64,000 nucleotides of DNA from an uncultured Candidatus Rokubacteria bacterium (GCA_963754315.1 CAVWFS010000011.1:96001-160000), one strand, 5' to 3'. Positions 29,472 to 38,929 are shown, counted from the first letter of the stretch. The notes: generated by a model from the letters alone, not told the origin. Translations and numbers: made by a program.

Positions 29472-30047
29472 CTCCACGACGGCGGCGGCCACGACGGCGG
29501 CCCCCCTCCGCCAGGGGGCGAAGGTTATTGCACCCACCGTCAGCAACGTCGGCACCGCCAAGGCCGTAAAGACCACTGCCCAGCTCGTGGCGCGCTCCCA
29601 GAGTAGTGCCGTCCCCTCCAGGCCGAAACCCGCGATGAGATAGACCAGCAACGACAGACCGAGTCCCGCGTAGTAGGGAGTGGGGAATCCCATGAACCAG
29701 GACTTGAACCACCACACCTGGCCCGGGCCGAAGCGAGACAGCCCGAAGTGGGGGTTGCACACGAACCACAGGAAGTCCCAGAACACCGCCAGCAGGAAGA
29801 ACAGGGAGATAAGCTCGGCCTCCCGTTCTAGCGAAAAGCCCGTGTACATCAGGGGGAAATGGATAAGCAGTAGCAAGAATAGCTGGAGGAACACATGGTA
29901 CCCGGTGACCGGTTTGCCGGCCCAGCGGAGAACCGCGTCGCTCTGCCAGCGCCAGGTGGGTAACTGCGCGGCCCACCCATGCTTGCCCTCGATCTGGATC
30001 TCGAGGTGCGCCAGCGCGAAGGCAATGGCGAAGAAGTAGAGGCCCAT
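29454..30047 (-). CDS. Hypothetical integral membrane protein
   Basis: About 5 hydrophobic segments; EIQIEG..GWA..LPTW and WDFLWFV.NP.FG. Confidence 0.75.
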   Translation of the reverse strand: MGLYFFAIAFALAHLEIQIEGKHGWAAQLPTWRWQSDAVLRWAGKPVTGYHVFLQLFLLLLIHFPLMYTGFSLEREAELISLFFLLAVFWDFLWFVCNPHFGLSRFGPGQVWWFKSWFMGFPTPYYAGLGLSLLVYLIAGFGLEGTALLWERATSWAVVFTALAVPTLLTVGAITFAPWRRGAAVVAAAVVESDARR

Positions 30048-30123
30048 GGCTGGCGGTCATCTCTTGCTATCCTCCTGCGAAGTGCTCCCCCACAGATGAG
30101 GATACCACCCTGGGGGAGGCTGT

Positions 30124-30501
30124 CTAGTCAGGCCCCTGCGCGGTCTGGACTTCGACCACCGGCCTGACGTCGATCTCCACGCGGGCTTCACGATGGCTGC
30201 TTGTATATCCGATGGTATGCGGCAAACGATGAGAACCGTGGGTCCGGCGCCCCGCTTGGTCGGTCCCCATTTGCCGCGTGGTATCGCAGGCCTCGGTCGC
30301 GGACTGAAGCAGTTTGAGTAGCCGTGCGGGATCCATCCGGGCACGGGCCGCGAAGGCGCCGACGGTCAGCCCCTCGTCGTAGGTGAGGTAGAGGCTGCCG
30401 CGTTCATAACGCGAGAACCGGCCGTGCTGAATAAAGATCTCCCCGGTCGACGGACAGCCTTTGAGCACGTCTCGAACGAGCGAGTCCGAGGTGATCGTCA
30501 T
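30124..30501 (-). CDS. Hypothetical protein with DUF1858-like N-terminus
   Basis: MTITSDSLVRDVLKGCP.T.EIF..HG pattern. Confidence 0.6.
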   Translation of the reverse strand: MTITSDSLVRDVLKGCPSTGEIFIQHGRFSRYERGSLYLTYDEGLTVGAFAARARMDPARLLKLLQSATEACDTTRQMGTDQAGRRTHGSHRLPHTIGYTSSHREARVEIDVRPVVEVQTAQGPD

Positions 30502-30523
30502 GGCGTGCCTGCCGGCGGGGGGC

Positions 30524-31330
30524 TCATAGTCCGGCGGACGCGAACCGCTCCATAAGCGCCTGATGGTACGCTTGACCGCCCTCCCATCCGAGACGGAACG
30601 CTTGCTCGCCGTACACGTCGGGGAAGCGACGGGCGAGCAGCTCGCGGCTCGTCTCGTACGTCGTTCCACGTGTGTCTGCCTCGAGGGCGGCTTCAAAGCC
30701 GCGGCGATACGTCGCTTCATCCCGGGCGAAGTCCCCACCCCGAGCCGTGTAGCGTGCAGCTTCTGCCTCCCTAAGGCCGATCCACCAGTCTTGACGGGCG
30801 GCGTCCAGCGTTTCGGCTCCCATGGCCTTCAGGGTCGCCCGCGCGGCCTCAGCCACACCTTCCTCAACAGAGGTGGTCACGATCGTCCGTCCTCGCCGAA
30901 GGGCGTCCTCGTAAACGAACAGTTCGTCTTTGGGAAGTCCGACGGTGCCCGCGTCCTCGACGGCTTTCCCGATGGCCGCGCCGGCCCCGAGCCCGAGCAG
31001 CGCTCCGGCTATTGCGCCGGTGGCGATCACCGGGCCGATGAACGGAAGTACCAATGACGCGCCGACGGCGGCGGTGGCCAATTGAACACCTGCTGTCGCA
31101 CCGGCCGCCCCCCCAACCACCGCGCCAAGCGCCCGGCCCACACCCGGCTGCTCTGCTTCCGCCGTCGGAATCGCTCGAGTCAAGTCAGGAGAGGGCACTC
31201 CCGGGGAAACGCAGGATATCTGCCCTTCGGGGACGCCGAGCGTGCGCAGGCCGTGAATAGCACGCTCGGCGTCAAGTCGATCGGGGAAAACCGCAGCAAT
31301 CGTTTCCACTTGGTGACCTCCGTCAGGCAA
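30524..31330 (-). CDS. General stress protein-like, Gly/Ala-rich membrane protein
   Basis: IAAVF.DR.DAERAI..L...G, glycine zipper, PFIGPV, YEDALRRG. Confidence 0.75.
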   Translation of the reverse strand: MPDGGHQVETIAAVFPDRLDAERAIHGLRTLGVPEGQISCVSPGVPSPDLTRAIPTAEAEQPGVGRALGAVVGGAAGATAGVQLATAAVGASLVLPFIGPVIATGAIAGALLGLGAGAAIGKAVEDAGTVGLPKDELFVYEDALRRGRTIVTTSVEEGVAEAARATLKAMGAETLDAARQDWWIGLREAEAARYTARGGDFARDEATYRRGFEAALEADTRGTTYETSRELLARRFPDVYGEQAFRLGWEGGQAYHQALMERFASAGL

Positions 31331-31354
31331 GGAATGTCAAAACCTAGGCGGACC

Positions 31355-31894
31355 CTAGGACGAACTCGGTGCCGCAGATGCGACCAGTGCACCACATGCG
31401 ACCCGAGCACCACTATTGCCGCTCGGGTCGGTGGTCATGTCGTCGGGGCCCGCGTGAACGACGATGGCGCTGCCGTCGCTATCGAATAGGGAATTCGGTC
31501 CGGGCCGAAGCGAAAAGCGCTCGACTGTTACCTGCATACGCCCACGACCGTTCTCATCGATCGTGATGTTGGGCAGGTCGCCCGCGTGCGGGCCTCGCGG
31601 ATTCGCCGAGCCGTGCTGGGCTTCAGTCGGATTGAAATGATCCCCAGCGGACTCAAAGCTCGGACTCTCGCACCGGCCGACCTGGTGAATGTGGAGCGCC
31701 TTGGGGCCGGGGGGCAGCCCCGCCACGTCGATGACCACGGCCACGCGCCCCAGCGACTCCGACAGTGATGCGGTCCCGACGGCACGCCCGGCGCCGTCCG
31801 TGAGCTGAGCGGTGGCGGTCGAGATGCTCGCGGTCGGCGACGTTCCGCATCCGGCGAGAACCACCATCAACACGAGCGCCTTACACGTGCGCAA
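31355..31894 (-). CDS. sodC: Cu/Zn superoxide dismutase family lipoprotein
   Basis: LAGC lipobox, [38 protein letters not shown] start behind GGAGG. Confidence 0.92.
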   Translation of the reverse strand: MRTCKALVLMVVLAGCGTSPTASISTATAQLTDGAGRAVGTASLSESLGRVAVVIDVAGLPPGPKALHIHQVGRCESPSFESAGDHFNPTEAQHGSANPRGPHAGDLPNITIDENGRGRMQVTVERFSLRPGPNSLFDSDGSAIVVHAGPDDMTTDPSGNSGARVACGALVASAAPSSS

Positions 31895-31922
31895 TGCTCC
31901 AATCCTCCAAGCAGAGACTGGC

Positions 31923-31938
31923 TGCAAGACGAGGACCA
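31923..31938 (-). promoter_or_regulatory. Putative sigma54 promoter for sodC
   Basis: TGGTCCTCGTCTTGCA on the minus strand. Confidence 0.5.
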
Positions 31939-32084
31939 CCACAGCGGGGTGAGCGGCTGAGACGTTGCGAGCTATCGAGTGGATCGCAGGACGACGTCAA
32001 TGTCCGTACCGAGACGCCGATATCCGGACGGGAGGCAAAGCAGCAGCCAGGCCGCCGACGTCCTGCTCGCGTTGACCCTTCCCG

Positions 32085-32357
32085 TTAGACCGGATCGGTT
32101 CCCGAGATCACGCCTACCCCGCTCGAGGCGCTGTTCCTGGGCGCCCGGAGCGATTGTTCGGCGTTACGAAGCGTCGAGCTGATGGCTGTCCTCAGCCTGA
32201 CGAGGGCGCTACTCGTTGCTTCCTCCATGGTCCGAAGACCGTCCGCGAGCTGCTCACGGACCGGAGACATCTGACGATTCACGTAGCCGTTGATCTCATC
32301 ATGACAGTAAAAGCCAGCGACTCCGCCGGCGACGATGCCTACCACGAATGTAAACAT
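32085..32357 (-). CDS. Small membrane-anchored hypothetical protein
   Basis: SD AGGAGGT; N-terminal FVVGIVAGGVAG helix. Confidence 0.7.
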   Translation of the reverse strand: MFTFVVGIVAGGVAGFYCHDEINGYVNRQMSPVREQLADGLRTMEEATSSALVRLRTAISSTLRNAEQSLRAPRNSASSGVGVISGTDPV

Positions 32358-32388
32358 CTGCCACCTCCTTCTTCTCGGCGCGGCCCGA

Positions 32389-33075
32389 TCATCGCGGCGC
32401 GAGTCGATTGGCTGGTTGAGCCGCTTTCGCGCGCGCCGAGCGGCTCGAGATCTTCTTGGCCGTCACCATCGCTCCCTCTGCCTTCGGGGAACGCAGGGCG
32501 ATCGAGCCAAGGGTGATCAGGCCGACGAGCTGATCGTTGTCGTCGACCACCGGTAGACGCCCAATCTGTTGCTCCGCCATGACCAGGAGAGCGCGCTCGA
32601 GCATCCAGTTCGGACGGCCGAGGATCGGATCGCGCGTGGCGCAGTCCATCACACGCATGGGCGTGGGATCGATACCGTCCTTGGCGAGACCCCGGACAAC
32701 GAGATCGCGGTCGGTGATCACACCGATGACCCGGCCGTCCTGGACAATCGGTAGCATGCCCACGTTCTCCTGCCACATTCGCTGTGCGACCTCGCCGATG
32801 GTGGCGTCCGGATCCACGGTGTGAACGTCGGTCACCATCACGTCAGCCACACGGGGGTCGTCGTCGTGCGCGGAGGCGTTGGAGCGGCGGCCACGCAGGA
32901 CGGCGGCGGCGACACCGGCCAGGGCTCCTGCCATGATCCACAACGGCGCGAACGCAAGCGGGCGCACCCCTGTCGGAGCCGACCGGCTCGTTTTGACGGC
33001 GGTCCCCAAGATACGGTGCCAGTATTCACTGTTTCGCATGGACTTCTTCATTGCTGTCGACCCCTTCGCGTTCAT
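32389..33075 (-). CDS. CBS domain pair protein with TM anchor
   Basis: VADVM, GMLPIV, GVITDRD, RLPVVD..LVGLIT. Confidence 0.9.
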   Translation of the reverse strand: MNAKGSTAMKKSMRNSEYWHRILGTAVKTSRSAPTGVRPLAFAPLWIMAGALAGVAAAVLRGRRSNASAHDDDPRVADVMVTDVHTVDPDATIGEVAQRMWQENVGMLPIVQDGRVIGVITDRDLVVRGLAKDGIDPTPMRVMDCATRDPILGRPNWMLERALLVMAEQQIGRLPVVDDNDQLVGLITLGSIALRSPKAEGAMVTAKKISSRSARAKAAQPANRLAPR

Positions 33076-33125
33076 ACAGTCCTGTTAGCCTCAATCGTCT
33101 CGAGAGGTCCCTCTGCAAGAGGACG

Positions 33126-33141
33126 TGCAAGGCGGGTGCCC
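33126..33141 (-). promoter_or_regulatory. Putative sigma54 promoter for the CBS gene
   Basis: GGGCACCCGCCTTGCA on the minus strand. Confidence 0.7.
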
Positions 33142-33191
33142 ACCAGGACCTACCGCTTGGATGCCACTACCCCTCGGACAGACCGACCGCG

Positions 33192-33247
33192 GATCGAGTC
33201 TGTACGTTGATCGGGAAGTCTGTACGTGATCGGGAAGTATGTACGTT
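33192..33247. repeat. Three imperfect direct repeats (core AGT(C/A)TGTACGT at 33197, 33217, 33236)
   Basis: Read directly from the sequence; period 19-20 bp. Confidence 0.9.
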
Positions 33248-33321
33248 CTTCAAAGTTTGCAAGGTGCTGCTCCTCACCTAGCCAGCGCGGCCGCCGGCAA
33301 CATTGAAGAGCGCTGTCGTAC

Positions 33322-33337
33322 TGGCACGCCAGTTGCC
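33322..33337 (+). promoter_or_regulatory. Putative sigma54 promoter for the response regulator-Ku unit
   Basis: TGGCACGCCAGTTGCC, near-perfect consensus. Confidence 0.78.
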
Positions 33338-33445
33338 CAGGAGTAGAGCCACGAGCGATTGCGGATGGAGCGAAACAGTTCCTCGCCGAACAGAAGCTCG
33401 CGAACTCAATCGCGGGCTCGATGAGGCGCGGGAAAAGGAGAGCCT

Positions 33446-33856
33446 ATGACAGCGACGGCCGTGGCGAACCGCGAGAGCGAGGGCCCGCGCAGACGTATCC
33501 TCATCGTGGAGGAGGATTCCCACGCCAGGGAGTTGCTCCGCATGATGCTCGAGCAGGACCGCCATCGAGTTTTGGAGGCGGAGGACGGCGTCACCGGCGT
33601 GATGTCAGCGCTGGTGGACCAGCCGGAGATCGCGTTCGTCGGCGTGGATCTGCCCCAACTGGATGGCTACGAGGTCGCGCGGCGAATCCGGGCGAATCAG
33701 GATACGCAGCACATCTACCTGGTGGCGCTGACCGGGCGGGCGCGAGATCGTGTCCCGGCCCGCGAGGCGGGTTTCGACGAGTACGTGCTCAAGCCGATTG
33801 ATCCAGGCGACCTGATCACTATTCTGGCCGCGCGCCCAGCCCGCAGCGCGGCCTAG
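33446..33856 (+). CDS. Single-domain response regulator with atypical phosphoacceptor
   Basis: ILIVEED, IAFVGVDLPQLDG (Gly at the usual Asp position), ALTG, KP. Confidence 0.85.
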   Translation: MTATAVANRESEGPRRRILIVEEDSHARELLRMMLEQDRHRVLEAEDGVTGVMSALVDQPEIAFVGVDLPQLDGYEVARRIRANQDTQHIYLVALTGRARDRVPAREAGFDEYVLKPIDPGDLITILAARPARSAA

Positions 33857-33891
33857 CCGTACCGAACCTCGGAGAGAAAGGCGGAAGGTCC

Positions 33892-34728
33892 ATGGCGCGC
33901 GCGCTCTGGAAGGGCACCATCAGCTTCGGTTTGGTCACGATTCCTGTCGACTTGCACGCCGCGGTGGAGAGCCGGGAAGAAGTTTCGTTTCATCTTCTGC
34001 ATCGGAAGGACGGGAGCCGGATCGACTACAAGCGCTTCTGTGCGAAGGAAGACATCGAAGTTCCGTGGAAGGAGATCGTGAGGGGCTACGAATACGGCAA
34101 GGGCCATTACGTGCAACTTTCCGACGAGGACTTTGCCCGCGCGCGGGTGGAAGCAACCCACACCTTCGCCATCCGCGCCTTCGTGCCCGCCAAGGAGATC
34201 GACGGCCTCTATTTCGATCATCCGTACTACCTTGCCCCCTCCGGCAAGGCTGGGATCAAGGCCTATGCGCTGCTTCGCGATGCCCTCGAGGAAATGGGAC
34301 GAGTCGCCGTTGGCACGATTGTCCTGCGTCAGCGCGAGCATCTCGCCGCGGTGGAACCGGCAGGACGGGCGCTTGCTCTCACGACCATGCGCTTTGCCCA
34401 TGAGATTCGTAGCCCCGCGAGCTTCGGGGTATCCCCGGGCGGAGGGTACGCAAAGCAGGAGCTGGCGATGGCGAAGCAGCTCATCGAGACTCTGGCCACG
34501 GCCTGGGATCCTGCCGCCTACAAGGACACCTACACAGAGGTCTTGCGGCAGGTCATCAAGCAGAAGATCAGCGGGAAGCCACTCGCGCCGGGCCCTGTCA
34601 AGCGCCCAGCGCCCGTGACGGACCTGGCCGAGGCCCTCAAGCAGAGCCTGAAGAATCCCCGACAGCACCTGGTAGCTCTCGAAGGGGGTGGGCGCGAGCG
34701 ACGGAGGCGGCGCCGGCGCGCCGCCTGA
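33892..34728 (+). CDS. ku: NHEJ DNA end-binding protein Ku
   Basis: MARALWKGTISFGLVTIPV, IVRGYE, YFDHPYYL, AYALLR; basic tail. Confidence 0.97.
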   Translation: MARALWKGTISFGLVTIPVDLHAAVESREEVSFHLLHRKDGSRIDYKRFCAKEDIEVPWKEIVRGYEYGKGHYVQLSDEDFARARVEATHTFAIRAFVPAKEIDGLYFDHPYYLAPSGKAGIKAYALLRDALEEMGRVAVGTIVLRQREHLAAVEPAGRALALTTMRFAHEIRSPASFGVSPGGGYAKQELAMAKQLIETLATAWDPAAYKDTYTEVLRQVIKQKISGKPLAPGPVKRPAPVTDLAEALKQSLKNPRQHLVALEGGGRERRRRRRRAA

Positions 34729-34798
34729 CGTCCGCCCGCCGCGACTCTGGCGTTCGTCCCGCATTGCGCGCCTACGGGGCCGCCGGTCGCCACCAACT

Positions 34799-34814
34799 AG
34801 GCATCGTCGTTGCA
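34799..34814 (+). promoter_or_regulatory. Putative sigma54 promoter
   Basis: AGGCATCGTCGTTGCA. Confidence 0.6.
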
Positions 34815-34879
34815 CTGCCGACTGCAGCGGCGACGGCATCTGCTTAGCTAATCTGAACTGATTCCCCTGGGAGGAATCG

Positions 34880-35083
34880 ATGCGAATCCGGAGCGGCAAG
34901 ACCAGCCGGCTCGTCAGGCAGGATCGACCTCGTCGAATCGATATCTTTATTGACTACTTTGGCGGCGGAGGGGGACTCTCGAAGCGACCGCCGCGGCAGT
35001 GCGCTGGGAGCCCTCGTGGCGTTACCGGATCGCGCAGTCCCGGACCAGGCATGGCGGTTGAGCGCTTGCCGAGGTCGACCTGA
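34880..35083 (+). CDS. Small hypothetical protein
   Basis: SD GGGAGG and a sigma54-like site upstream; no recognisable domain. Confidence 0.35.
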   Translation: MRIRSGKTSRLVRQDRPRRIDIFIDYFGGGGGLSKRPPRQCAGSPRGVTGSRSPGPGMAVERLPRST

Positions 35084-35122
35084 GAGCCTCGGCAAAAACG
35101 GGTTTCCTTTGTAGAGCTTTCA

Positions 35123-37648
35123 ATGCGATTGGCCAGCATCTGGCGCCTGTGGCTCGTAGTCTGGTTGGCGGTCGCGCCGAGTCAGGCTGCTGCCGAGGAC
35201 GCATCTTCATCGGTGACCGCATATACCCCCACCGCAGAGGGCGTGATCGCGTCCCTGAACGATGTCCTGACATGGTATCGACAGGCGAAGGTCGTCTCGC
35301 AGGTAGTCAGCCATCCAAGTGGTGCCCAACTGGCACGCGATGGCGAGCAGCTGGCGCTCCAAGTCGTCGAGCGCGCGTTCGAGGCCGCACGGGCGTCGCT
35401 GCCACTGATCCCGAGAGAGGGCGCCCGTGAGGTTGGCCCGAGAGACCGGCGAACGAATCAGCGGGAAGATCTGACGGCTACCGTCCGACGTCGGGAAGAG
35501 GACGTCGCGCGCCTACGGGCGCGAGTGCGACCGGCGGCTGCCCGTGACAAGCCTGCTCTCGAGCGTGAACTGGCAACGGCCCGAAATCTGCTCGAGCTGG
35601 ATCGTGCCCGGCTGGACTTCGCAACCAAGCTCTCCGAGTCAGCGGCGACCCTCACTGAGGGTGACACGGATCTCGCTCGGCAGATCCAGGCACTGCAGGA
35701 TGCGGTACCTGGGCTGAAAGCGACGGCCGCGCAGCCGGGGCCGGCTCCGGTCGTCGAGGCGGATCCGGCTGGGACCTGGGGGCTGGTCCGGCGTCTGCTC
35801 GCCGTGCACCGCAGCCGGAGTAGCCTCGGTGCGCTGAAGAGCACGACTGCGGACCTGAAACAGAGTGTCGAAGGCCAAATCGGCGCGGTTCGTGGCGAGC
35901 TGCGTCCGATCATGAGCCGCCTGCGGGCTCTGGCCGAGAACCCCACCCTCTCGGGAGCTACCTTGGCCGAGGGCGAGCAGGAGTTCAAGGACTCGCTGCA
36001 GCGACGCAAGGCGCTGGTGGCGGTCATGTTGCCGCTTCGAGGGCAATTGACGCTTCTGCGCCAGTTCGCGGACGACCTCCAGGGGTGGGACCAGGTGCTT
36101 GATCGACAGTCGCGCCAGCTGCTCCAGGGTGTCGGGCTCGACTTCCTACGGGTCGGAATAGCTCTCCTGATCATCCTGATCGGGGCGCTGTTCTGGCGAG
36201 TGACGGTGCGACGTTACGTGTCGGATTCGTATCGCCAGCGGCTGCTGATGAGCACGCGGAACGTCGTGGTGCTGGTGGCGATCACCCTCGTCCTGATCTT
36301 TCACTTCACCAGCGAGCTGGCTACCCTCGTCACCGTGTTGGGCTTCGCCGCGGCGGGAATTGCGTTCGCCTTGCAAACGGTCATCCTCGCCCTCGCCGGC
36401 TATTTCTCGATGGTGGCGCCCAACGGCATTCGGGTGGGGGAGTACGTCGCTCTGCAAGGGCCTTTCGGATACGTGCACGGTGAAGTCGTCGATATCGGGT
36501 TCTTGAGGATGCGGTTGCGCGAGCTCGCCGGAGACTCCCTGCGGCCCACGGGGCGGGTGGTGGTCTTTCCTAACTCCGTGGTGTTCACCGGTGGTTTCTT
36601 CAAGCACCCAGGACCCCCCTCCACGACCGACCTGGCTCACACGCGAGATGATCGGACGCCGGGGGTCGGCCCCGAGCGCGGCGGCCAGGCCACTATGGTG
36701 AGTCTCGGACGGACGTTGAATATGTTTCGACTCTTGAAAGGCGCGTTGGTCAGCTGGAGCGAGGACAAGGCCCCACGTCTTGGCGCCGCGCTCGCGTACT
36801 ACGCGGCCTTCTCGATCGCGCCCTTGCTGGTCATTGCGATCGCCGTCGCCGGCCTCGTCTTCGGGGAAGCGGCCGCTCAGGGTCAGATAGTTGGGCAGGT
36901 GAGGGGGCTGATCGGCGACGAGGGTGGCGCCGCTCTGCAAAGCATGATCGAGATGGCGGGCCGCCGGCCCCAGACGGGGATTGCAGCGACCCTGATCGGA
37001 ATTGGCACCCTCCTCTTCGGCGCGTCGGGCGTGTTCGGGGAGCTCCAGGACTCATTGAATACCATATGGGGGGTGAAGCCACGCCCCGGCCGCGGGCTGG
37101 TCGGTTTTCTGAAGGACAGATTCCTTTCGTTCGCGATGGTGTTTGGTATTGCCTTTTTGCTGCTCGTCTCGCTGGTCATCAGCGCCGCCCTTGCCGCTCT
37201 CTCAGAGTTTGGGGGGACTCTCCTGGCAGAGGGCCCGGTCCAGGCGCTGAACTTCGTGGTCTCTTTTCTCGTGGTCACCCTGCTGTTCGCGGCCATCTTC
37301 AAGTTCCTGCCCGATATCCAGGTCGAGTGGCGAGATGTCTGGTTGGGGGCTGCGCTCACGTCGCTGCTTTTCAGCATCGGGAAGCTCGCGATCGGCTTTT
37401 ATCTGGGCAAGGCCAGCGTGGCCTCGGCCTTCGGCGCCGCCGGATCTCTCGTGATCATTCTCGTCTGGGTCTACTATTCGGCGCAGATACTCTTCCTCGG
37501 CGCGGAATTCACGAAGATGTACGCCAAGCTCTACGGAAGCGGGATCCGACCCGACCCGACCGCGATCGCGGTGACCGCGGAGGCCCGAGCTGAGCAAGGG
37601 CTGGCGCCAGTGACTGCGCCGACCCGTCCGGAACATGAGATGGGTTAG
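35123..37648 (+). CDS. MscS-family channel (to ~36610) read in frame into a YihY/BrkB family protein (from ~36722)
   Basis: GFAAAGIAFALQ...IRVGE.V..G.V.DIG...VVFPNS; then D.APRLGAALAYY..FS.APLL and FGAAGSL...LVWVYYSAQI...GAE. Confidence 0.8.
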   Translation: MRLASIWRLWLVVWLAVAPSQAAAEDASSSVTAYTPTAEGVIASLNDVLTWYRQAKVVSQVVSHPSGAQLARDGEQLALQVVERAFEAARASLPLIPREGAREVGPRDRRTNQREDLTATVRRREEDVARLRARVRPAAARDKPALERELATARNLLELDRARLDFATKLSESAATLTEGDTDLARQIQALQDAVPGLKATAAQPGPAPVVEADPAGTWGLVRRLLAVHRSRSSLGALKSTTADLKQSVEGQIGAVRGELRPIMSRLRALAENPTLSGATLAEGEQEFKDSLQRRKALVAVMLPLRGQLTLLRQFADDLQGWDQVLDRQSRQLLQGVGLDFLRVGIALLIILIGALFWRVTVRRYVSDSYRQRLLMSTRNVVVLVAITLVLIFHFTSELATLVTVLGFAAAGIAFALQTVILALAGYFSMVAPNGIRVGEYVALQGPFGYVHGEVVDIGFLRMRLRELAGDSLRPTGRVVVFPNSVVFTGGFFKHPGPPSTTDLAHTRDDRTPGVGPERGGQATMVSLGRTLNMFRLLKGALVSWSEDKAPRLGAALAYYAAFSIAPLLVIAIAVAGLVFGEAAAQGQIVGQVRGLIGDEGGAALQSMIEMAGRRPQTGIAATLIGIGTLLFGASGVFGELQDSLNTIWGVKPRPGRGLVGFLKDRFLSFAMVFGIAFLLLVSLVISAALAALSEFGGTLLAEGPVQALNFVVSFLVVTLLFAAIFKFLPDIQVEWRDVWLGAALTSLLFSIGKLAIGFYLGKASVASAFGAAGSLVIILVWVYYSAQILFLGAEFTKMYAKLYGSGIRPDPTAIAVTAEARAEQGLAPVTAPTRPEHEMG

Positions 37649-38274
37649 ATCTTGGGGATCCGGATGGTCTTGCTGATCATCAGCGATCCGGAGAAGGCCC
37701 AGAGGAGGGTCAGCGGGTGAAGTGACCCTGGCCCCAGATCGATTGCCCCGAAGGGAAGGGCGTCGCCAACTCGTCCCCACCAGGCGAGGGCTGCCACCAG
37801 GGCGACCAAGATCAGGGTGGTGGGAATGGGGGTGCCCTCGAAGTATTTGACTTTCCCGCTCTCGGCGGAGAGCCGTTCGGCAGTGATGTTGAAGCGGGCC
37901 AGGCGGCTGACCCCACACGCCACGAAGTAGATCAGAATCACGGCATCCCACAGCCCTTGCATTCCGGCCCCGTACGCGATGACTGCAGGAGCAACGCCGA
38001 AGGAGATGACATCGGCTAGCGAGTCGAGCTCCCGCCCCATGGCGGAATGCTTGCCCAGCCGCCGCGCCACCCATCCATCCATCACGTCGAGGACCAGGGC
38101 ACTGGCGACGAGGACGCAAGCCGTGAGGAGGCGGGAGGGGTTCCGTGTTTCGACGTACGCCACCACGTGGAACAGGGCAATCATTCCGCAGGCCGCGTTG
38201 CCCAGCGTCAGAAAGTCCGCCAGGTGAAAGCCGCGGATCATCGAGAAGTGGCGGTCGGATTGAGCTCGCTGCAC
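37645..38274 (-). CDS. pssA: CDP-diacylglycerol--serine O-phosphatidyltransferase
   Basis: TLGN, D..DG.VAR......G.ELDSLAD.ISFGVAP, RLARFN, FEG.P.P. Confidence 0.88.
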   Translation of the reverse strand: MQRAQSDRHFSMIRGFHLADFLTLGNAACGMIALFHVVAYVETRNPSRLLTACVLVASALVLDVMDGWVARRLGKHSAMGRELDSLADVISFGVAPAVIAYGAGMQGLWDAVILIYFVACGVSRLARFNITAERLSAESGKVKYFEGTPIPTTLILVALVAALAWWGRVGDALPFGAIDLGPGSLHPLTLLWAFSGSLMISKTIRIPKI

Positions 38275-38386
38275 CGGAGAAAAGTCAGCTACGCGCCTCG
38301 GCGTCCGGAACGCGGCGGCAGCGCTGGCCTCCGCCTGACATCGTACCGTCAACGTCAGGTTTCACGCCAGTGACAGGTTTTCAGTG

Positions 38387-38566
38387 TCAGGCGTGGGGAG
38401 GGTCGTCCCAGGTCCGATCCCAGCCATTGATGCTGGCGGTTTGAGCAATGCGTTTTTTTGCGCGCGGATCCAGTGGTGCGAACACACGCTCGTGCAAAGC
38501 GAGAATCTCGATGGTCTTCAGTTCCTCTGGCGACGCCAGCCTGTTGGCGAGTGATCGATGTGACAT
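38387..38566 (-). CDS. 59-aa hypothetical protein absent from the ORF track
   Basis: ATG behind AGGAGG, sigma54-like site immediately upstream; MSHRSLANRL...WDRTWDDPPHA. Confidence 0.55.
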   Translation of the reverse strand: MSHRSLANRLASPEELKTIEILALHERVFAPLDPRAKKRIAQTASINGWDRTWDDPPHA

Positions 38567-38590
38567 GGTTGCCCTCCTACGGTGTGCTCA

Positions 38591-38606
38591 TGCAACTGCA
38601 AGGCCA
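38591..38606 (-). promoter_or_regulatory. Putative sigma54 promoter
   Basis: TGGCCTTGCAGTTGCA on the minus strand. Confidence 0.65.
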
Positions 38607-38678
38607 AACCTCCCAGAGCGGACGATCGATTTTCTCCGGCGCTTTTCGAGGGGAGTCAGCACGGAGCAATGCCCTCGC

Positions 38679-38694
38679 TGGCTCGCATGTTGCC
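38679..38694 (+). promoter_or_regulatory. Putative sigma54 promoter
   Basis: TGGCTCGCATGTTGCC. Confidence 0.65.
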
Positions 38695-38731
38695 TTCCTC
38701 CCCAGAGGACGAAGGAGGAGGCGTCAGCACG

Positions 38732-38929
38732 ATGAGCACATGCGCGTCCTGTGGACAGCCCTTCGTGGACGAGAGTGGACTCTGCGCCCATCATCATTTT
38801 CATGCTCCAGATGGTTGGGCGGTCTCCAATCGCATCATGTGTGACTTCATTCACCGGAAGAGGATCCCGCTGAGGGTGAGCTTTGAGAGGCGCCCGGACG
38901 GAGTGTGGGCGCAGCTCGAGGCGGCCTGA
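38732..38929 (+). CDS. Small Cys/His-rich protein
   Basis: SD GGAGGAGG; CASC...LCAHH...W..SNRIMCDF.HR. Confidence 0.7.
   Translation: MSTCASCGQPFVDESGLCAHHHFHAPDGWAVSNRIMCDFIHRKRIPLRVSFERRPDGVWAQLEAA

Noticed and set aside
33192..33247. Possible mini-CRISPR or iterons
   Set aside because: Repeats abut without spacers, and no rep or cas gene is nearby.
34960..34985. tRNA 3'-end-like sequence on the minus strand (TTCGAGAGTCCCCCTCCGCCGCCA) as a possible att site
   Set aside because: T-loop spacing is wrong, no cloverleaf can be built and no integrase is present.
35066..35095. Hairpin TTGCCGAGG/CCTCGGCAA as an intrinsic terminator
   Set aside because: No U-tract follows the stem on either strand.
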